Assembly (NCBI GenBank): GCA_963697165.1
Contig: CAVOMX010000012.1
Coordinates: 139,110 to 203,109 of the forward strand
Length of the DNA: 64,000 nt
From: Candidatus Bathyarchaeota archaeon
Lineage (GTDB): Archaea > Thermoproteota > Bathyarchaeia > Bathyarchaeales > Bathyarchaeaceae
Direction: 5' to 3'
Of the stretch, positions 11,127-23,352 are shown in pieces. Both the position numbers and the translations under genes were made by a program. Within the stretch, counting starts at the first letter, position 1. Every line of letters starts with the position of its first letter. A model generated the notes under the pieces. That model did not search any database, was not told the origin of the DNA, and was given only the letters and a program-made list of their open reading frames with translations.

Positions 11127-12161
11127 CTAGCCGAACCACGTTTCAAGAGTTGTTTTGCTTTTTGCTTCCTTTAGTCCTTCAGCCATTTTGTTGAGGGTTC
11201 TACGCACCCGATCCTCAGAAAAGTCTCTTTCGCGGCAAAGAAAGTCTACTACACCATCGACGTTGGGCGCTTTCCATTCCAGCTTATAGTTGTCCGTAAC
11301 TTTTGGGTGAAGAAAGATTTCCCGTATTCTTTTAGGTTCAGCCGGAAATGTGGCATCTTCCAACTCAGGTATAGCCTCTTCGATGCTTCCATGTTTCTTG
11401 ATCAGTTTCAGAGCAGTTTTTGGTCCTATTCCCTTCACGCCATTAGGATTAAAGTCCGTTCCCACCAGAATCGCCACATCTATGAGCTGCTCACGCGTGA
11501 CATCCAAATCTTTGAGAACCTGATCAAGTTTCATAATCTCCGGCACAACTTCAACATAAACATTCTTTCTTGGAACCTTTCGTCTGCCACTTATAGTCAC
11601 GTTTCTCACAAGAGCAGTTGCGCCAAAGAGAAGACTATCGTAGTCTTGGCTGGCACAGTAGTCAGCATCACCCTTGATTGTTAGGTAGGCAGCTTGGGAT
11701 TCACCTTCAGACGGCGCTTGAATCCATGGCACGCCCAATTCAGTGAGAAGCCGTTTCGAATCATCTGGCATGTAGTCCTTTAGCTTAGAAGTCATTTGAG
11801 CATAGCTTCTAGCCTTCTCCATTTTTCCTTCCATTATAGCTGTTTCATACCTGACAAGAGCCTCCGCCTTGACTTTGGCTCTGCGTTTAATCTCCGCCTC
11901 TTTGAGGGCAGGCGGAGCCCCATCAAAAACATAGGCAACCTTCATGCCCATCTCAACAAGATTAGCAGTTCTGTAGAATAACCCACTAAGATGACTGGTT
12001 ATCCTGCCAGAACGATCCTTCAAAGGTGTGCCATCTGGCTGACGGATGATCGCCAAAAACTGGTAAAGGGCATTGTATGCGTCGATTGCTACAGTCTTTC
12101 CGCTCAGGCTCTTGAAATCAACCTTTGTCTTAGGTATCAATACCCTCAAATTTACGCCCAA
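11127..12161 (-). CDS. fen: Flap endonuclease 1
   Basis: MGVNL...AIDAYNALYQFL, APSEGESQAA, SQDYDSLLFG, GTDFNPNGVKGIG; C-terminal PIP-box-like TTLETWF. Confidence 0.97.
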   Translation of the reverse strand: MGVNLRVLIPKTKVDFKSLSGKTVAIDAYNALYQFLAIIRQPDGTPLKDRSGRITSHLSGLFYRTANLVEMGMKVAYVFDGAPPALKEAEIKRRAKVKAEALVRYETAIMEGKMEKARSYAQMTSKLKDYMPDDSKRLLTELGVPWIQAPSEGESQAAYLTIKGDADYCASQDYDSLLFGATALVRNVTISGRRKVPRKNVYVEVVPEIMKLDQVLKDLDVTREQLIDVAILVGTDFNPNGVKGIGPKTALKLIKKHGSIEEAIPELEDATFPAEPKRIREIFLHPKVTDNYKLEWKAPNVDGVVDFLCRERDFSEDRVRRTLNKMAEGLKEAKSKTTLETWFG

Positions 12162-12218
12162 AGTTATCTGCCACCAGATACTGGTTAAAGGCTGAGCCAC
12201 GAAGATGCTCGAGGGTGG

Positions 12219-12456
12219 CTATTTCCCCTTCTCTACTAATTCAACTCTTCTTTTTCCTTTGGTGCGATCTGAAACATATATTGTTCCTTCAATCTCCATT
12301 CTCATCAGAGTCTTGTTCAGTTCGTTGAATCCTACACCTTCATGAGTCCCCTTTAAAGAGGTCAAACAACTCAACATCAGTCATTGGACCCTTCCGATCA
12401 AGAAGCTCCTTTATTTGTGTATACACAGGATGAGATTTCCACGTTTTCATCATCAT
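12219..12456 (-). CDS. Small winged-helix-like conserved protein (frameshifted)
   Basis: Manual translation: MMMKTWKSHPVYTQIKELLDRKGPMTDVELF...ELNKTLMRMEIEGTIYVSDRTKGKRRVEL. Confidence 0.65.
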
Positions 12457-12481
12457 TTTCACATTCCTGAAATATTTTATG

Positions 12482-14656
12482 CTATGCCACAGGCGTCGTG
12501 GGCTTCTTCAACTGTCGAACATGCTTCATGAAGCCCTTATACCAAGCCTCCATGTTCGGCATTATAGATGGCCCAATCTTTTCAATGGCTATCTTGAAGT
12601 CGTTGGCATCAACTTCCTTGGCATTTATGTCCGTCCGCAGGGCATTCAGTCCAGCCTCTCTACAAAGCGCCTCGATGTCCGCCCCCGAATACATCTTCGT
12701 TATGGTAGCCAAATTGGACAAATCCACATCTTTTGCCAGCGGCATGTCCTTAGTGTAGAGTTTGAAGATGTTTTGTCTACTCTCTTGGTCGGGTTCTGGA
12801 ACGTATATCAAGCGGTCAAACCTTCCTGGTCGAAGAATCGCGGGATCCACAATGTCTGGCCTGTTTGTCGCAGCGATTATAACAACATCCTCCAAAGAGA
12901 TAAGTCCATCCATCTCCGTTAGAAGTTGGCTGATAACCCGCTCTGTAACTCCACTGTCTGAGTAACCCATTCCTCGTCCGGGAACTAGAGAATCAAATTC
13001 GTCAAAGAATATGACAGTTGGTGAAGCCATCCTTGCTTTCCGGAAAACTTCGCGGATAGCCTTCTCTGATTCACCTACCCATTTGGAGAAGACTTCTGGA
13101 CCCTTTATGGTTATGAAGTTTGCTTCACTCTCTGTGGCTACTGCCCTAGCTAGCATTGTCTTTCCACATCCAGGAGGTCCGTAGAGCATGATTCCCTTTG
13201 GTGGTCGTATACCCATTCGAGTGAAAACGTCTGGGTTTTTGAGGGGCCACTCCACAGCCTCTATGAGGTCCTCTTTCACGTCATCTAAGCCGCCTATGTC
13301 TGTCCAACGAACCGTAGGTACTTCGATGTAGACTTCTCTCATGGCCGTCGGCGTGATTTCGCGGAAAGCGTTTAAGAAAGTCTTCCATTCGAACCTCCAT
13401 TTTATCCAAAACATTAGGAGGAACACGCTCTTCCTCTAGATTTATTTCTGGTAGGTATCTGCGCAACGCTTTCATGGCTGTTTCGCGTCCCAATGCGGAC
13501 AAGTCGGCTCCTGTGTAACCGTGAGACATGTTTGGAGAGCTTATCCAAATCAACATCTTCTTTTAGGGGCATGCCTCTGGTGTGAATCTGAAGTACTTCA
13601 AATCGTCCTTTTTTGTCGGGTACGCCTATTTCAATTTCTCGGTCAAAACGTCCAGGTCGTCTCAAAGCAGGGTCTAAGGCTTCAGGCCTGTTTGTGGCGC
13701 CTATTACAATGAGGTAGCCTCTTCCTGAAAGACCATCCATCAAAGCTAGAAGCTGAGCAACAACCCGTCTCTCAACTTCTCCTGTAACCTCTTCTCTTTT
13801 AGGTGCGATTGCATCCAGCTCGTCTATGAAGACGATGCTGGGAGCGTTCTTTTGAGCCTGCTGGAACATTTCGCGGAGTCTAGCCTCAGATTCGCCGTAA
13901 AATTTGCTCATTATTTCTGGACCGTTTATTGAGTAGAAGTTAGCCTCAGACTCGTTTGCAACTGCTCGGGCTAGAAGGGTTTTTCCACATCCCGGCGGTC
14001 CATGTAACAGAACTCCTTTTGGAGGATCAATTCCAAGCCTTTGGAAAAGTTCTGGGTGCCGCAGCGGAAGTTCAACCATTTCTCGAATCCGCTGAATCTC
14101 CTCCTCGAGTCCTCCTATATCCTCGTATGTTGTGCGAGGCAAGCCTTTGGTTTCAGGAGCTGGTTCAGCCATTATCTGGAGGCTTGTGCCGTGGCTGATT
14201 CTCACGATTCCGTGAGGACGAGATTTGGTTACTCGGAAGGGTATGGCATGTCCTAGCATCATAACTAGGGTGGTGTCTCCTTCCACGAATGTTCTTTCCA
14301 TAAGTCGGTTTTTCACAAAGTTTGTGAAGTCTTCATCAACATTTAGTTTCATGTCTATGGGAGCTAAAACTACGGTTGTGGCGTTGGTTACATTTGCAGA
14401 TCGAATTACTACTAGTTCATGCATAGCAACTCCAGCATTTTTGCGTGTGAATCCGTCGATTCGGATAATGTCTCTGTTTTGGTCTTCAGAGTATGCTGGC
14501 CATGCTATGGCGGCGGTGTTTCTTTTTCCAACAATTTCTATTACGTCGCCTGCTGAGATGCCTAAGTTTTTGCATGGTTTGCTGATCGATTCGGGCGATT
14601 CCTCGATAAACGTCACGTTGTCGAGCGTCTTCTACTTTAAGTTGTACTTCGCTCAC
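12482..14656 (-). CDS. cdc48: CDC48/VCP-family AAA ATPase (several frameshifts)
   Basis: N-domain [23 protein letters not shown]; two AAA modules, each with GPPGCGKT and (L)RPGRFDR. Confidence 0.96.
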
Positions 14657-14735
14657 TTGTTTTCCTTCCTTTATGTGTAATCGTGAAGCTTCACATTTTT
14701 CGAAGGAGACTATTCATATATAAACTTTGACGAAA

Positions 14736-15004
14736 CTAGAGCCTAGTCATTCCTAATGTCTGTATTTGACCGACTCTCTTCGATGTCAGTCATTCAGTTT
14801 CTCTGTTTCGTCCAAAATTCCTTCTTTTTCCGGTAGAACCATGTTAACTTTCAGTGCACAGAGACCAAAAGCTATTGGTTCTTCAGCGAATCGTTTAATA
14901 GCAGCAATATCTGCTAGTTTCTTCTTAATTTTTTCTTTCAACAATTCAAGGTCAACTGTTGATTCTGATGGAAAAATTTTGTAAGCAATAACTATCTTTC
15001 CCAA
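14736..15004 (-). CDS. ef1b: Translation elongation factor 1-beta (3' indels)
   Basis: KIFPSESTVDL...EEPIAFGLCALKV...QTLGMTRL. Confidence 0.9.
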
Positions 15005-15334
15005 TGTTCTTTATCTCCTAAAGTCCTGTTAAGTTTTTTGTCACATTACGAAAGTTTTACATGTATTTTTGGTAATGTGAACTAGCAAGCTAGACGATAA
15101 GCTGACCTATTAACCTTACTATGTATGTTTCTGTGACATAATCAATGGAACTTTTACCTGTTGTGTAACAAGGAACCGAATAATTGCTCTCCTTATTTTT
15201 ACTACGAACACGTCGACTACAACGAGGACAAGACCAATAGTACTTTTTTCAACTCTTTTTTGGATTGTTTGGGTGTGAGAATATTTATTAAATAACCTTT
15301 AACCTAATCGTAATCCTCTTGTGAGTGAACCGGG

Positions 15335-15517
15335 ATGCAACTCAAAGATGAAAACATGCTGGCAATAGGCATGCTGTCAATGGCTCTTGGCATTCTTGTT
15401 GGACACTTTGTAAGCTTTGAGTATTCGGGTTTATCGGTTTCAGTTTTTGTTGAAGGAGTCCTTGTTGGGCTGTCGCTAGTGATGAATCTTACCTACCTTA
15501 TACGACGACGAAAATAA
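15335..15517 (+). CDS. Small two-TM membrane protein
   Basis: Two hydrophobic segments and a basic RRRK tail. Confidence 0.55.
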   Translation: MQLKDENMLAIGMLSMALGILVGHFVSFEYSGLSVSVFVEGVLVGLSLVMNLTYLIRRRK

Positions 15518-15602
15518 AAAAAGTGATGAATCAGCGCGTATATGCGTCTGAATAGCAACTCTTTAATTGTCTGCTAACCAATTGTTTCGATAGTGATTTT
15601 GT

Positions 15603-16040
15603 ATGAAACTTCCAGAATATGTTATCTGTTCAAGAAGTGAAGACGAGTTTGTGCTGAACTCAAAATCAGAGATTGGACATTGCTGAAAAAAGCTGAAGTA
15701 TTACCTAGAAGAAGCAAAAACAATATTGGCTGAACTTGAAACAGGAGAAATGAAAATCAAACTTGAAGATTTTCGTATGGGACTAGAAGTTGAACTTGAA
15801 CATGGGATTCAATTCCCCGAGGCAAACGTCACCAACAACCATCCAATATTAACTGGAAAAATCGTGATTGCACACTTCAAGGAATCACTAGATTATTACC
15901 GGCGTTTAGACGTGGCTGAAATCGAGGGCGACATACAAAAAGCTGTATTCAGCAAGAACGCAGCAAAAGTTTTGGTTCTCTATGAAAAACTTGTAAAAGC
16001 AAAATTGGAGCTAAGCCAAGCAGAATCCGAGATGCTTTGA
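15603..16040 (+). CDS. DUF5661-like hypothetical protein (5' indels)
   Basis: FRMGLEVELEHG...NVTNNHPILTGKIVIAHFKESLDYY. Confidence 0.65.
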
Positions 16041-16157
16041 CCAAAAAACTGTTCTTTACAGCTTTTTGTGGACTCAAAAAACAAGCATTTGTATGTAGGG
16101 GTTAACCTTGTTTTTCGGCTGGACTGATGGGTTACACGGGGGTTGAGGGTTTTGCTA

Positions 16158-16982
16158 TTAGATTTGTGCCCGCGAGAAGAGATAGGTGCCTAGACCAACC
16201 ATTAAAGCGTCGAAGCCAACCACCACTCCCAAGCTGATTAGCCACCCGAATGAACCGAGTAATGGTGATCCAGCGCCTAGGAGACACCAGCGTAGCAGTT
16301 CAACCCCATAAAACATGGGATCACATAGCATGGCAACTTGAAGAGGTAACGGTGACACGTCGATAGGAAAGAACACGCCAGATAACATGAACATTGGCCA
16401 CATCACAAAAGTTGACAGCAGCTGAAACGCGTGAAAATCGTTCAGGGTCGAACCGATTGCTACCCCAAGACCAACAAAGCCGGCAGTGATGAGAAGCATC
16501 ACGCCTATAGATGCAAATGCGCCCGCAAGGAAAGTGAGGGATGGCGTAAATGCGCCCATGGCTCCAGCCACTACCAGTAATATTATGCCTTGGATTGTGG
16601 CAGTGGTTGCTCCGCCAAAAATTTTTCCAAGTATAATGCTGGTTCGGCTGACAGGTGCAACTAGCATCTCTTTCATGAAGCCGAATTGGCGGTCGAAGAT
16701 TACTGAAACGCCTGAGAAGACGGAGCTAAAGAGAAGCCCCATGCCTATTACGCCTGGCGCCATGTATGAAAGGTAATTGATGTTGGCGATTCCGCCGATG
16801 AAGCCTCCTAATCCCAAACCGAAGATTGCTAGGAAGAAGAATGTTACTGCCCATAGGATTTGGAAGTATGCTATCGGTTGCTTCTTTGAAAAGCCCTCGA
16901 CTAGTTTTGTTAATGATTCGCTATTTTTTGTGCCTTCTAAAATGGTTGTTCAGGCAGCTACTATGTTAGATTTTAACGCATA
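16158..16982 (-). CDS. ABC-2 type transporter permease (5' end frameshifted)
   Basis: YMAPGVIGM...DRQFGFMKEMLVAPVSRTSIILGK, FMLSGVFFP. Confidence 0.88.
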
Positions 16983-16997
16983 ATCCAGTAGTGGAGT

Positions 16998-17165
16998 TTA
17001 GCTTTCGATTACTTGTTTGACTAAGTCTTTGTTTTCTTTTAGCCAGTTTATGATCACGTCTTTGTTGCTTTCTAGCATGTTTTCCGCCATTCCGCCGAAC
17101 ATTGGAGGCAACGTTTTGCCTATTTGTTGTTTAAGTTTAGAAATCAATTCATCTTCTGCATTCAA
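16998..17165 (-). CDS. Small hypothetical protein (about 55 aa)
   Basis: Manual translation: NAEDELISKLKQQIGKTLPPMFGGMAENMLESNKDVIINWLKENKDLVKQVIES; co-oriented between two genes. Confidence 0.55.
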   Translation of the reverse strand: MNAEDELISKLKQQIGKTLPPMFGGMAENMLESNKDVIINWLKENKDLVKQVIES

Positions 17166-17227
17166 TGTCTCTCAACTCATTATGATTATTTTACTCTAGT
17201 TAAGACGTTTAAGTTGATTGATAATAA

Positions 17228-19360
17228 TTAGCGTTTTTTGGTTGAGCTTCGTTGTTGTTTGAAGTGTCCAGCTAATCTGCGTCCCGTGGCTGCGTCCATA
17301 ACGATTGTGCGTTTTTTCTTGCTCTTTTTATGTCTTACTTTGAGCGTCCACACGGGAAATAGCACAATTTCAGAGTAGACTGGCACAACTCCCAAGGTCA
17401 GTCGTAAGGTTGAGTAAATTTTGTCTTGTCCAATCTTTATTTTAGGAATTCTAGGAATTTCTTTGGGAAGACGCGGAATAAACGTGATGTCAATGTCATC
17501 ATCCAAGTCTTTGAATTTTTCAGCACTCTTTGTCACCAGTTTGTGAAACAGCATTGCCCCTTTCTCAAGAGAGATCATTGCACCTGTTGTTGCGCTCAAG
17601 TAGTACGTGTCCACTTCTTCTTTTCTGAAAAAGAAGAGATGTTTGGCTTTGCGGGTTGCTGAAACCTTCCAGATGGGAATGTGAGAAAATGTTACATCAT
17701 AAATTTCTTCTTTTTTTGTGAATAACCCGCCTTCAAGCCATGATTTGGCTCTCTTGAATGCTTCAACCTGAATTATCCGTATGGGAACAGCCAAAACTTC
17801 TCCCAAAACATTCTTGGATGGTTCGAAACCAAACTTGGATAGCCAATACAGGTACTCTTCGTCACCTCTGGCTCGGCTTTTCTTAACATCCCTGGATTTG
17901 ACAAGTGAGTTAAGCGCCTTTTCAGCATCTTTAACAATTACGTTCAGGCTCTCTGCAACATATTCTGCGGAGACGCTTTGTCTTACAGAGTTGAGTAATA
18001 GTTTTATTCGTTCTGCAAGCGATTTTTCTGGAACAGGTGACCGCGGCGCAGGCTTCACTGTTTTTTCTTTTGTTTCTTGTGTGGTTTGGAACTTTTTGAA
18101 GAACTGTTTTGTTTCAGGCGATATTGCCTTTGGGATGTCTTGTTCATCCATTGTCATGTGGTCTGTTACCAGCCATCGAACCTGAAAATTCATTACGTCC
18201 TCGTAGACGTCTGGGGACAGCATTAGGAATTCGCCTGTTCTGAGGCTTGGAAGCTTCTGCAGAACTGTTTCAGCGTGGGTTGGGTCTATTGATTGGATAA
18301 TCTGTTTTACCCTTGATATGTCCTGCTGGGTCATCATTCGACCTAAGCACCAAGTGTTGACTTGTGCGAGGGCTTTGTAGTCAATGTCTGTTATGTTTTG
18401 GGTGGCGGCTATGAGTCCAATTCCGTATTTTCGAGCTTGCTTGAAGAGAAAGGCGTATGCTTCTTTTGGTGGAGGATTTCGTGGATATGGCGGAATATAG
18501 GGCGCTATTTCGTCGACGTAGAATAGCAGTTGGATGTCCTCTGAGGGATTCTTTAGCATCCAACAGTAAAGCTCACGAAGAAGAGTGGCTAGGAAGAACT
18601 GTTTGTCGTTTGTGGAGCTTAGAGTGTTCATGTAGATTATGTTGAGGGGCACCTTTCCGTCGCTATTGTCCATGAACATGTCAATGTCAATTTGGACGCC
18701 CTTCTGAAACATGAGACTGGGAGTTCCCACTGTAAGAAACCGTAGCTTACGGGCGATTTCTTGTGGCTCCCTTTTTGTAACAAAACTCTGTAGCTTTTGG
18801 ACGATTTCTGAAGGAGGATTCAGCACAATCTCTGCCAGGTGTGCCATGTCTTTGATTGTTTCTCCTTTTTGCCACAGATGCTCCAGAATAGTGAATAGGT
18901 ACGCTTTGGCTCCTTTTCCAGCATCTGATGCTAGGTCATATCCGAGAAAGCTTGAGAGAGAAGTAGCCGTCAAGTCAAGAGCAAGGATAGCTTCTTCGTG
19001 GGGCATGTCCTTTGACGGAAACGAGAGGGGATTGACGCTGATGGGAATGCCTTTGCTGCTGGCAGGAGTAAATATGGCGATTCGTGCCTTTTCGAAGTAC
19101 TCCTCCTGCATGGTAAGGGGTATTCCGTGACTCTCCATCTCTTCAGGGTCTCCTTTCAGGGCTAAAGAGGAGATGTCGCCTTGTGGGTCAACTATGATCA
19201 CAGGGATATTATGGCGTATAGCCTCTTCCATCATACATTTGCAGAGCACAGTTTTGCCTGAGCCGCTGGCTCCAAGCGCCATCAAATGTCGGTGAAGAGC
19301 TTCCACAGGTAATTCAACTGGGATTTCGGTTCCCTGTTGTTTGCCTAAGAAAAAAGACAC
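17228..19360 (-). CDS. HerA/FtsK-superfamily ATPase (DUF87/DUF853-like) with C-terminal wHTH-like and beta-rich extension
   Basis: Walker A GASGSGKT, IVDPQGD, Walker B YVDE, and QARKYGIGLIAATQ. Confidence 0.85.
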   Translation of the reverse strand: MSFFLGKQQGTEIPVELPVEALHRHLMALGASGSGKTVLCKCMMEEAIRHNIPVIIVDPQGDISSLALKGDPEEMESHGIPLTMQEEYFEKARIAIFTPASSKGIPISVNPLSFPSKDMPHEEAILALDLTATSLSSFLGYDLASDAGKGAKAYLFTILEHLWQKGETIKDMAHLAEIVLNPPSEIVQKLQSFVTKREPQEIARKLRFLTVGTPSLMFQKGVQIDIDMFMDNSDGKVPLNIIYMNTLSSTNDKQFFLATLLRELYCWMLKNPSEDIQLLFYVDEIAPYIPPYPRNPPPKEAYAFLFKQARKYGIGLIAATQNITDIDYKALAQVNTWCLGRMMTQQDISRVKQIIQSIDPTHAETVLQKLPSLRTGEFLMLSPDVYEDVMNFQVRWLVTDHMTMDEQDIPKAISPETKQFFKKFQTTQETKEKTVKPAPRSPVPEKSLAERIKLLLNSVRQSVSAEYVAESLNVIVKDAEKALNSLVKSRDVKKSRARGDEEYLYWLSKFGFEPSKNVLGEVLAVPIRIIQVEAFKRAKSWLEGGLFTKKEEIYDVTFSHIPIWKVSATRKAKHLFFFRKEEVDTYYLSATTGAMISLEKGAMLFHKLVTKSAEKFKDLDDDIDITFIPRLPKEIPRIPKIKIGQDKIYSTLRLTLGVVPVYSEIVLFPVWTLKVRHKKSKKKRTIVMDAATGRRLAGHFKQQRSSTKKR

Positions 19361-20249
19361 AATGCTTATCCTCCTTTAACGTTTACGCTTGCGGTTTTTA
19401 TTTATCTATCTCTGTACGCTGACTAGGTTAACTGCTTATGTGCTTGATTTTTGAGCAAAACTTGCATAATATATTGGTTAAAACATGTAATCCAGTATTT
19501 GATTGGTGCTTTTCTTTATATGGTATTGGCAACAGCGAATTGTCAGTAAACAATAAAATTGTCATTTCTGCGATTGTGGTTCTTGTAATTGCTTTGATTT
19601 TTGTTACATTGTTTATTGATAACACCCGCCAAGTTCGGAGAATATGGAATTGGTTAATTAAGAGAAATGGGAAAAATATACATTTCAGATATTGAACCCC
19701 TAGAAATTGAACTGGTTTGCTCTTTTCGGAAAAATGCTGGATATGAGATCGTCTTTTCTGTTGCGGTTATCCACACTTTATTTCAAATTATCTTAATTGG
19801 AATAAGATTTTATACGATGCCAAAATTTTTGTTATTTTTATAAAATGTAGCAAAATCAAAGTCATCATGTTTTCATAGAAAATAACTAAAATCAATCTTC
19901 AAACTGATGAGGTGCGACTAAAGTAAGGTGCTATTGATTGAGTTGTGACCCAACATATTTTTAACCAATAGAATGTTTTCGGTTTTATTTCAAGTCAGGG
20001 TGGCTTTCCCTGGTGGTAACGTGTGAAAACTTATTTTTTTCAACATATTGTTCTGTAGGTTTCTGATTGTTTTTCATTATCTTTAAAATAATCGTCTTTG
20101 TATTACCTATTTTTTAATATATTTTTTTAAAATTTTAATTACTTTGCCATGTTTGGATTTTTTTTTGAAAATAACACCGCTTATTTGGAAACTTATAAAT
20201 AATATCAAGGTAGTAAAGGGAAAAGAAACAATTAAATGAGAGAGATAAA

Positions 20250-22947
20250 ATGGAAAACTTAAGAAACAAGAAAACCAAATTTACTGCTATATTCATTGTT
20301 GTTCTTTTAATGACTTCTATCTTTATGTTGTTGGCAACTACTCAAGCTCAAACGGAATATACTAATTTGCAAGAAGGAGGTTCGATACCATTACCTTCAG
20401 GTGTTACTCCTGACTTGACACTTGAAACAATAGCATACCTCAGTTTTAGACCACAAACCGTCGGACTTGGTCAAGCCTTCTTGGTTAACATATGGCTGCA
20501 GCCCCCACTTCACATATCTCGATACCATACTCGATACGCAGTTACATTAACGAAACCCAGCGGAACAGAAATCGTTATTGCTCCAATCGATTCCTATCGA
20601 GGGGACACATCGGCCTGGTTTGAATGGATTGCCGACGAGGTTGGCACTTGGACAATAGAGTTTGACTTCCCAGGAGGCTATTTCCCAGCAGGTAATTACA
20701 CTACAATTGGCCGCTATGGGAGTGACGATGTTGTAACAAACTTTGAAGAAACAGTTTACTATGAACCCAGTTCTGTTGGACCGTTCGAACTTGAAGTTCA
20801 GGAAGAAATAGTGTATTCTTGGCCCGAATCTGACCTTCCAACGGATTACTGGACACGACCTGTTTCGCCAGAAAATAGAGAGTGGTGGCCGATTCTAGGA
20901 GACTACCCATATAGTGGAATAGGTGGAGGAGCATATTGGCCTGCTGAAACTAACATATACAATAATCCAGACTACTCGTTTACTCCTTATGTTCAAGGAC
21001 CAGAAACTGCACACATCGTTTGGAAACGATTTAGCGAAGCAGGAGGTCTCATAGGAGGCGATTTGGAACAAACCTCCTTTTACACTGGAGGCGGATTCGG
21101 TGCTGCCCCAAACCTTCCAGATTTAATCGTTCAAGGAAGAGTTTACCAAGAAATTACTAAACTGGTAGATGGAGAGATAATTGATGTTTGGCAATGCTAC
21201 GATCTACGAACTGGAGAAGTTTACTGGGAACAAACAGGTGTAACTCAGATACCTAATCAAGTTGCCCATATTGGAGGAACACACATTGCTGTACCAGGTG
21301 CTGGAGCTCATATGCGAGGAATGGGTGTACAACTAGTGTATATTGGTGGTGGGAGGATGGTAAAATACGATCCGTTCTCTGGAGACGTAATTGCAGACAT
21401 TTCGATTGCACCCTTATCTTCTTCTACTTTATACGGTGGCGAATATGCTTTGGGTGTACAAAATCTTGGTGGTGGAAATCGTCGTTTATTAAACTGGAGC
21501 ATTATAGAAACCGAACGCAACGTTGTTAAGGGCTTTGAGGAAAGAATAGTGAGCAATATAACGTGGCCATTGAGCAATTTGGGCACTGTTCAAGATTTCG
21601 AATCTGGAATAGCTGTTACAGTTTCAACGATTAGTCACGAAGCTACAGGTGTGGCAATAAATCAAGGACTAAGTGGTATCAGCCTGACAACAGGAGAAGT
21701 CTTATGGGACATTACTACCGATACGGGTTTCGGTATTTTCAGTACAAGCACAGCTGTTGCTGACCAAGGAAAATTTGCAGTGCGTTTCAATGATGGGCAC
21801 TGGCATTGTTGGGATCTATACACTGGAGCTAAACTATGGCAGAGCGAAGTGTCAAGCCAGCCTTGGGGAACCTTCGGTGCTTACAATGTAGCATCGGCTT
21901 ATGGCAACATATACAGCATGGCATACGATGGTGTTTCTGCTATTGACTGGGACACTGGAAACATAGTATGGACATACAACGCCCCAACCCCTTACGACTA
22001 TGAAACTCCATATGAAGGCAACTATCCATTCTTCAGTTTTGCAATGGTTGCTGATGGAAAGGTATACACTTACAATAATGAACATACGATCAGTCAGCCA
22101 ATCGCTAGAGGATATAGACTCCACTGCATCGATGCATTTACTGGAGATGGCATATGGAACATAACCGGATATATGCAACCAGGCGCTATCGCGGACGGCT
22201 ACATCATAGCCGACAACATGTATGATGGATACTTGTATACTTTCGGTAAGGGTATGAGCTCCACTACAGTCACAGCCCCTGATGTAGCAGTTCCAAAAGG
22301 AACTCCCGTATTGATAAAGGGAACCGTATTGGACCAGTCACCTGCTCAACCTGGCACTCCTTGTGTTTCCGCAGATTCTATGACCATTTACATGGAATAT
22401 TTACATATGCAGAAACCGATTCCAACCGACTTTACAGTAACTGGAGTTCCAATAATGCTGCTAGCTTTTGATTCGGACGGTAATGCAATCGAAATAGGCG
22501 AAACTACAAGCGATATAAGCGGCAAATTTGCTCATGCATGGACGCCTCCTGATGAGGGCGTGTATAAAATTACAGCATCGTTCCTTGGAGACACTTCTGT
22601 ACGGTAGTTCATGGGATGAAACCGCTGTTTTAGTGGGTCCAGCATCTTCACCTGCGGGTCCAATAGAGCCTGAACCAACACCTACACCTGAACCTAAACC
22701 TGAACCTAAACCTGAACCTAAACCTGAACCTACACCTGAACCTACACCTGAACCTAAACCTGAACCTACACCTGAACCTACACCTGAACCTACACCTGAA
22801 CCTACACCTGAACCTACACCTGAACCTACACCTGAACCTACACCTGAAACGCCTTTGATCACCGCCGAAGTAGCAATCATTGCAGCTGTCGCAATCGCCA
22901 GCATCATCGGCGTAGTTAGTTTCTGGGCACTCAGAAAACGAAAATAA
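20250..22947 (+). CDS. Secreted PQQ-like beta-propeller cell-surface protein with Pro/Glu/Thr stalk and C-terminal TM anchor (frameshift near 22600)
   Basis: Signal peptide; repeated D-x-x-TG-x-x-x-W blades ([18 protein letters not shown]); [19 protein letters not shown] repeats; TM followed by RKRK. Confidence 0.85.
22669..22848 (+). repeat. Coding 12-nt tandem repeat CCTGAACCTA(C/A)A encoding PEPT/PEPK, about 14 units
   Basis: Directly visible tandem array in frame with the stalk. Confidence 0.95.
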
Positions 22948-23352
22948 ACCACAATTTTCCCTCCCCTTTTTTTGTGGGGGAGTAAAACATTTTTCAGGAA
23001 TGAACGAACTGAAAAGACTCAAACATAGGGAAGAATGAAACACTATTTCCCCCTGAATAGTCTAAAATATTCCATCGCTAATCAACAAACACTGGTTTTA
23101 GAGTTTCAGCAATGCCTTCTTTCAATACCATTACAATGCAAGAATAGAGTGTACTGTTTGTGGCAGGATGGGGCATCTGCAAGTGCGCGGAAAATTCGCT
23201 AGGATGGGGCATTATGTTGGTTATGGCGGTAAGACAAGTATAGTAAAGTGGCATAGAGTTGATGCAACAATCTGAAATTGGTAAACAATGGTAATCAAAA
23301 CACGGTAAACAATAAGCAAGATTTATGTTCTAATGATGTTTTAGTGTCTTTT

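Noticed and set aside
12482..15004. cdc48 and EF-1beta as pseudogenes
   Set aside because: All motifs are intact and the breaks are small indels, often near homopolymers
22461..23043. Minus-strand ORFs with (GSGV)n and (RFRC)n repeats; possible CRISPR array
   Set aside because: Shadow frames of the PEPT coding repeat; no spacers. No CRISPR array or cas gene was seen in the window
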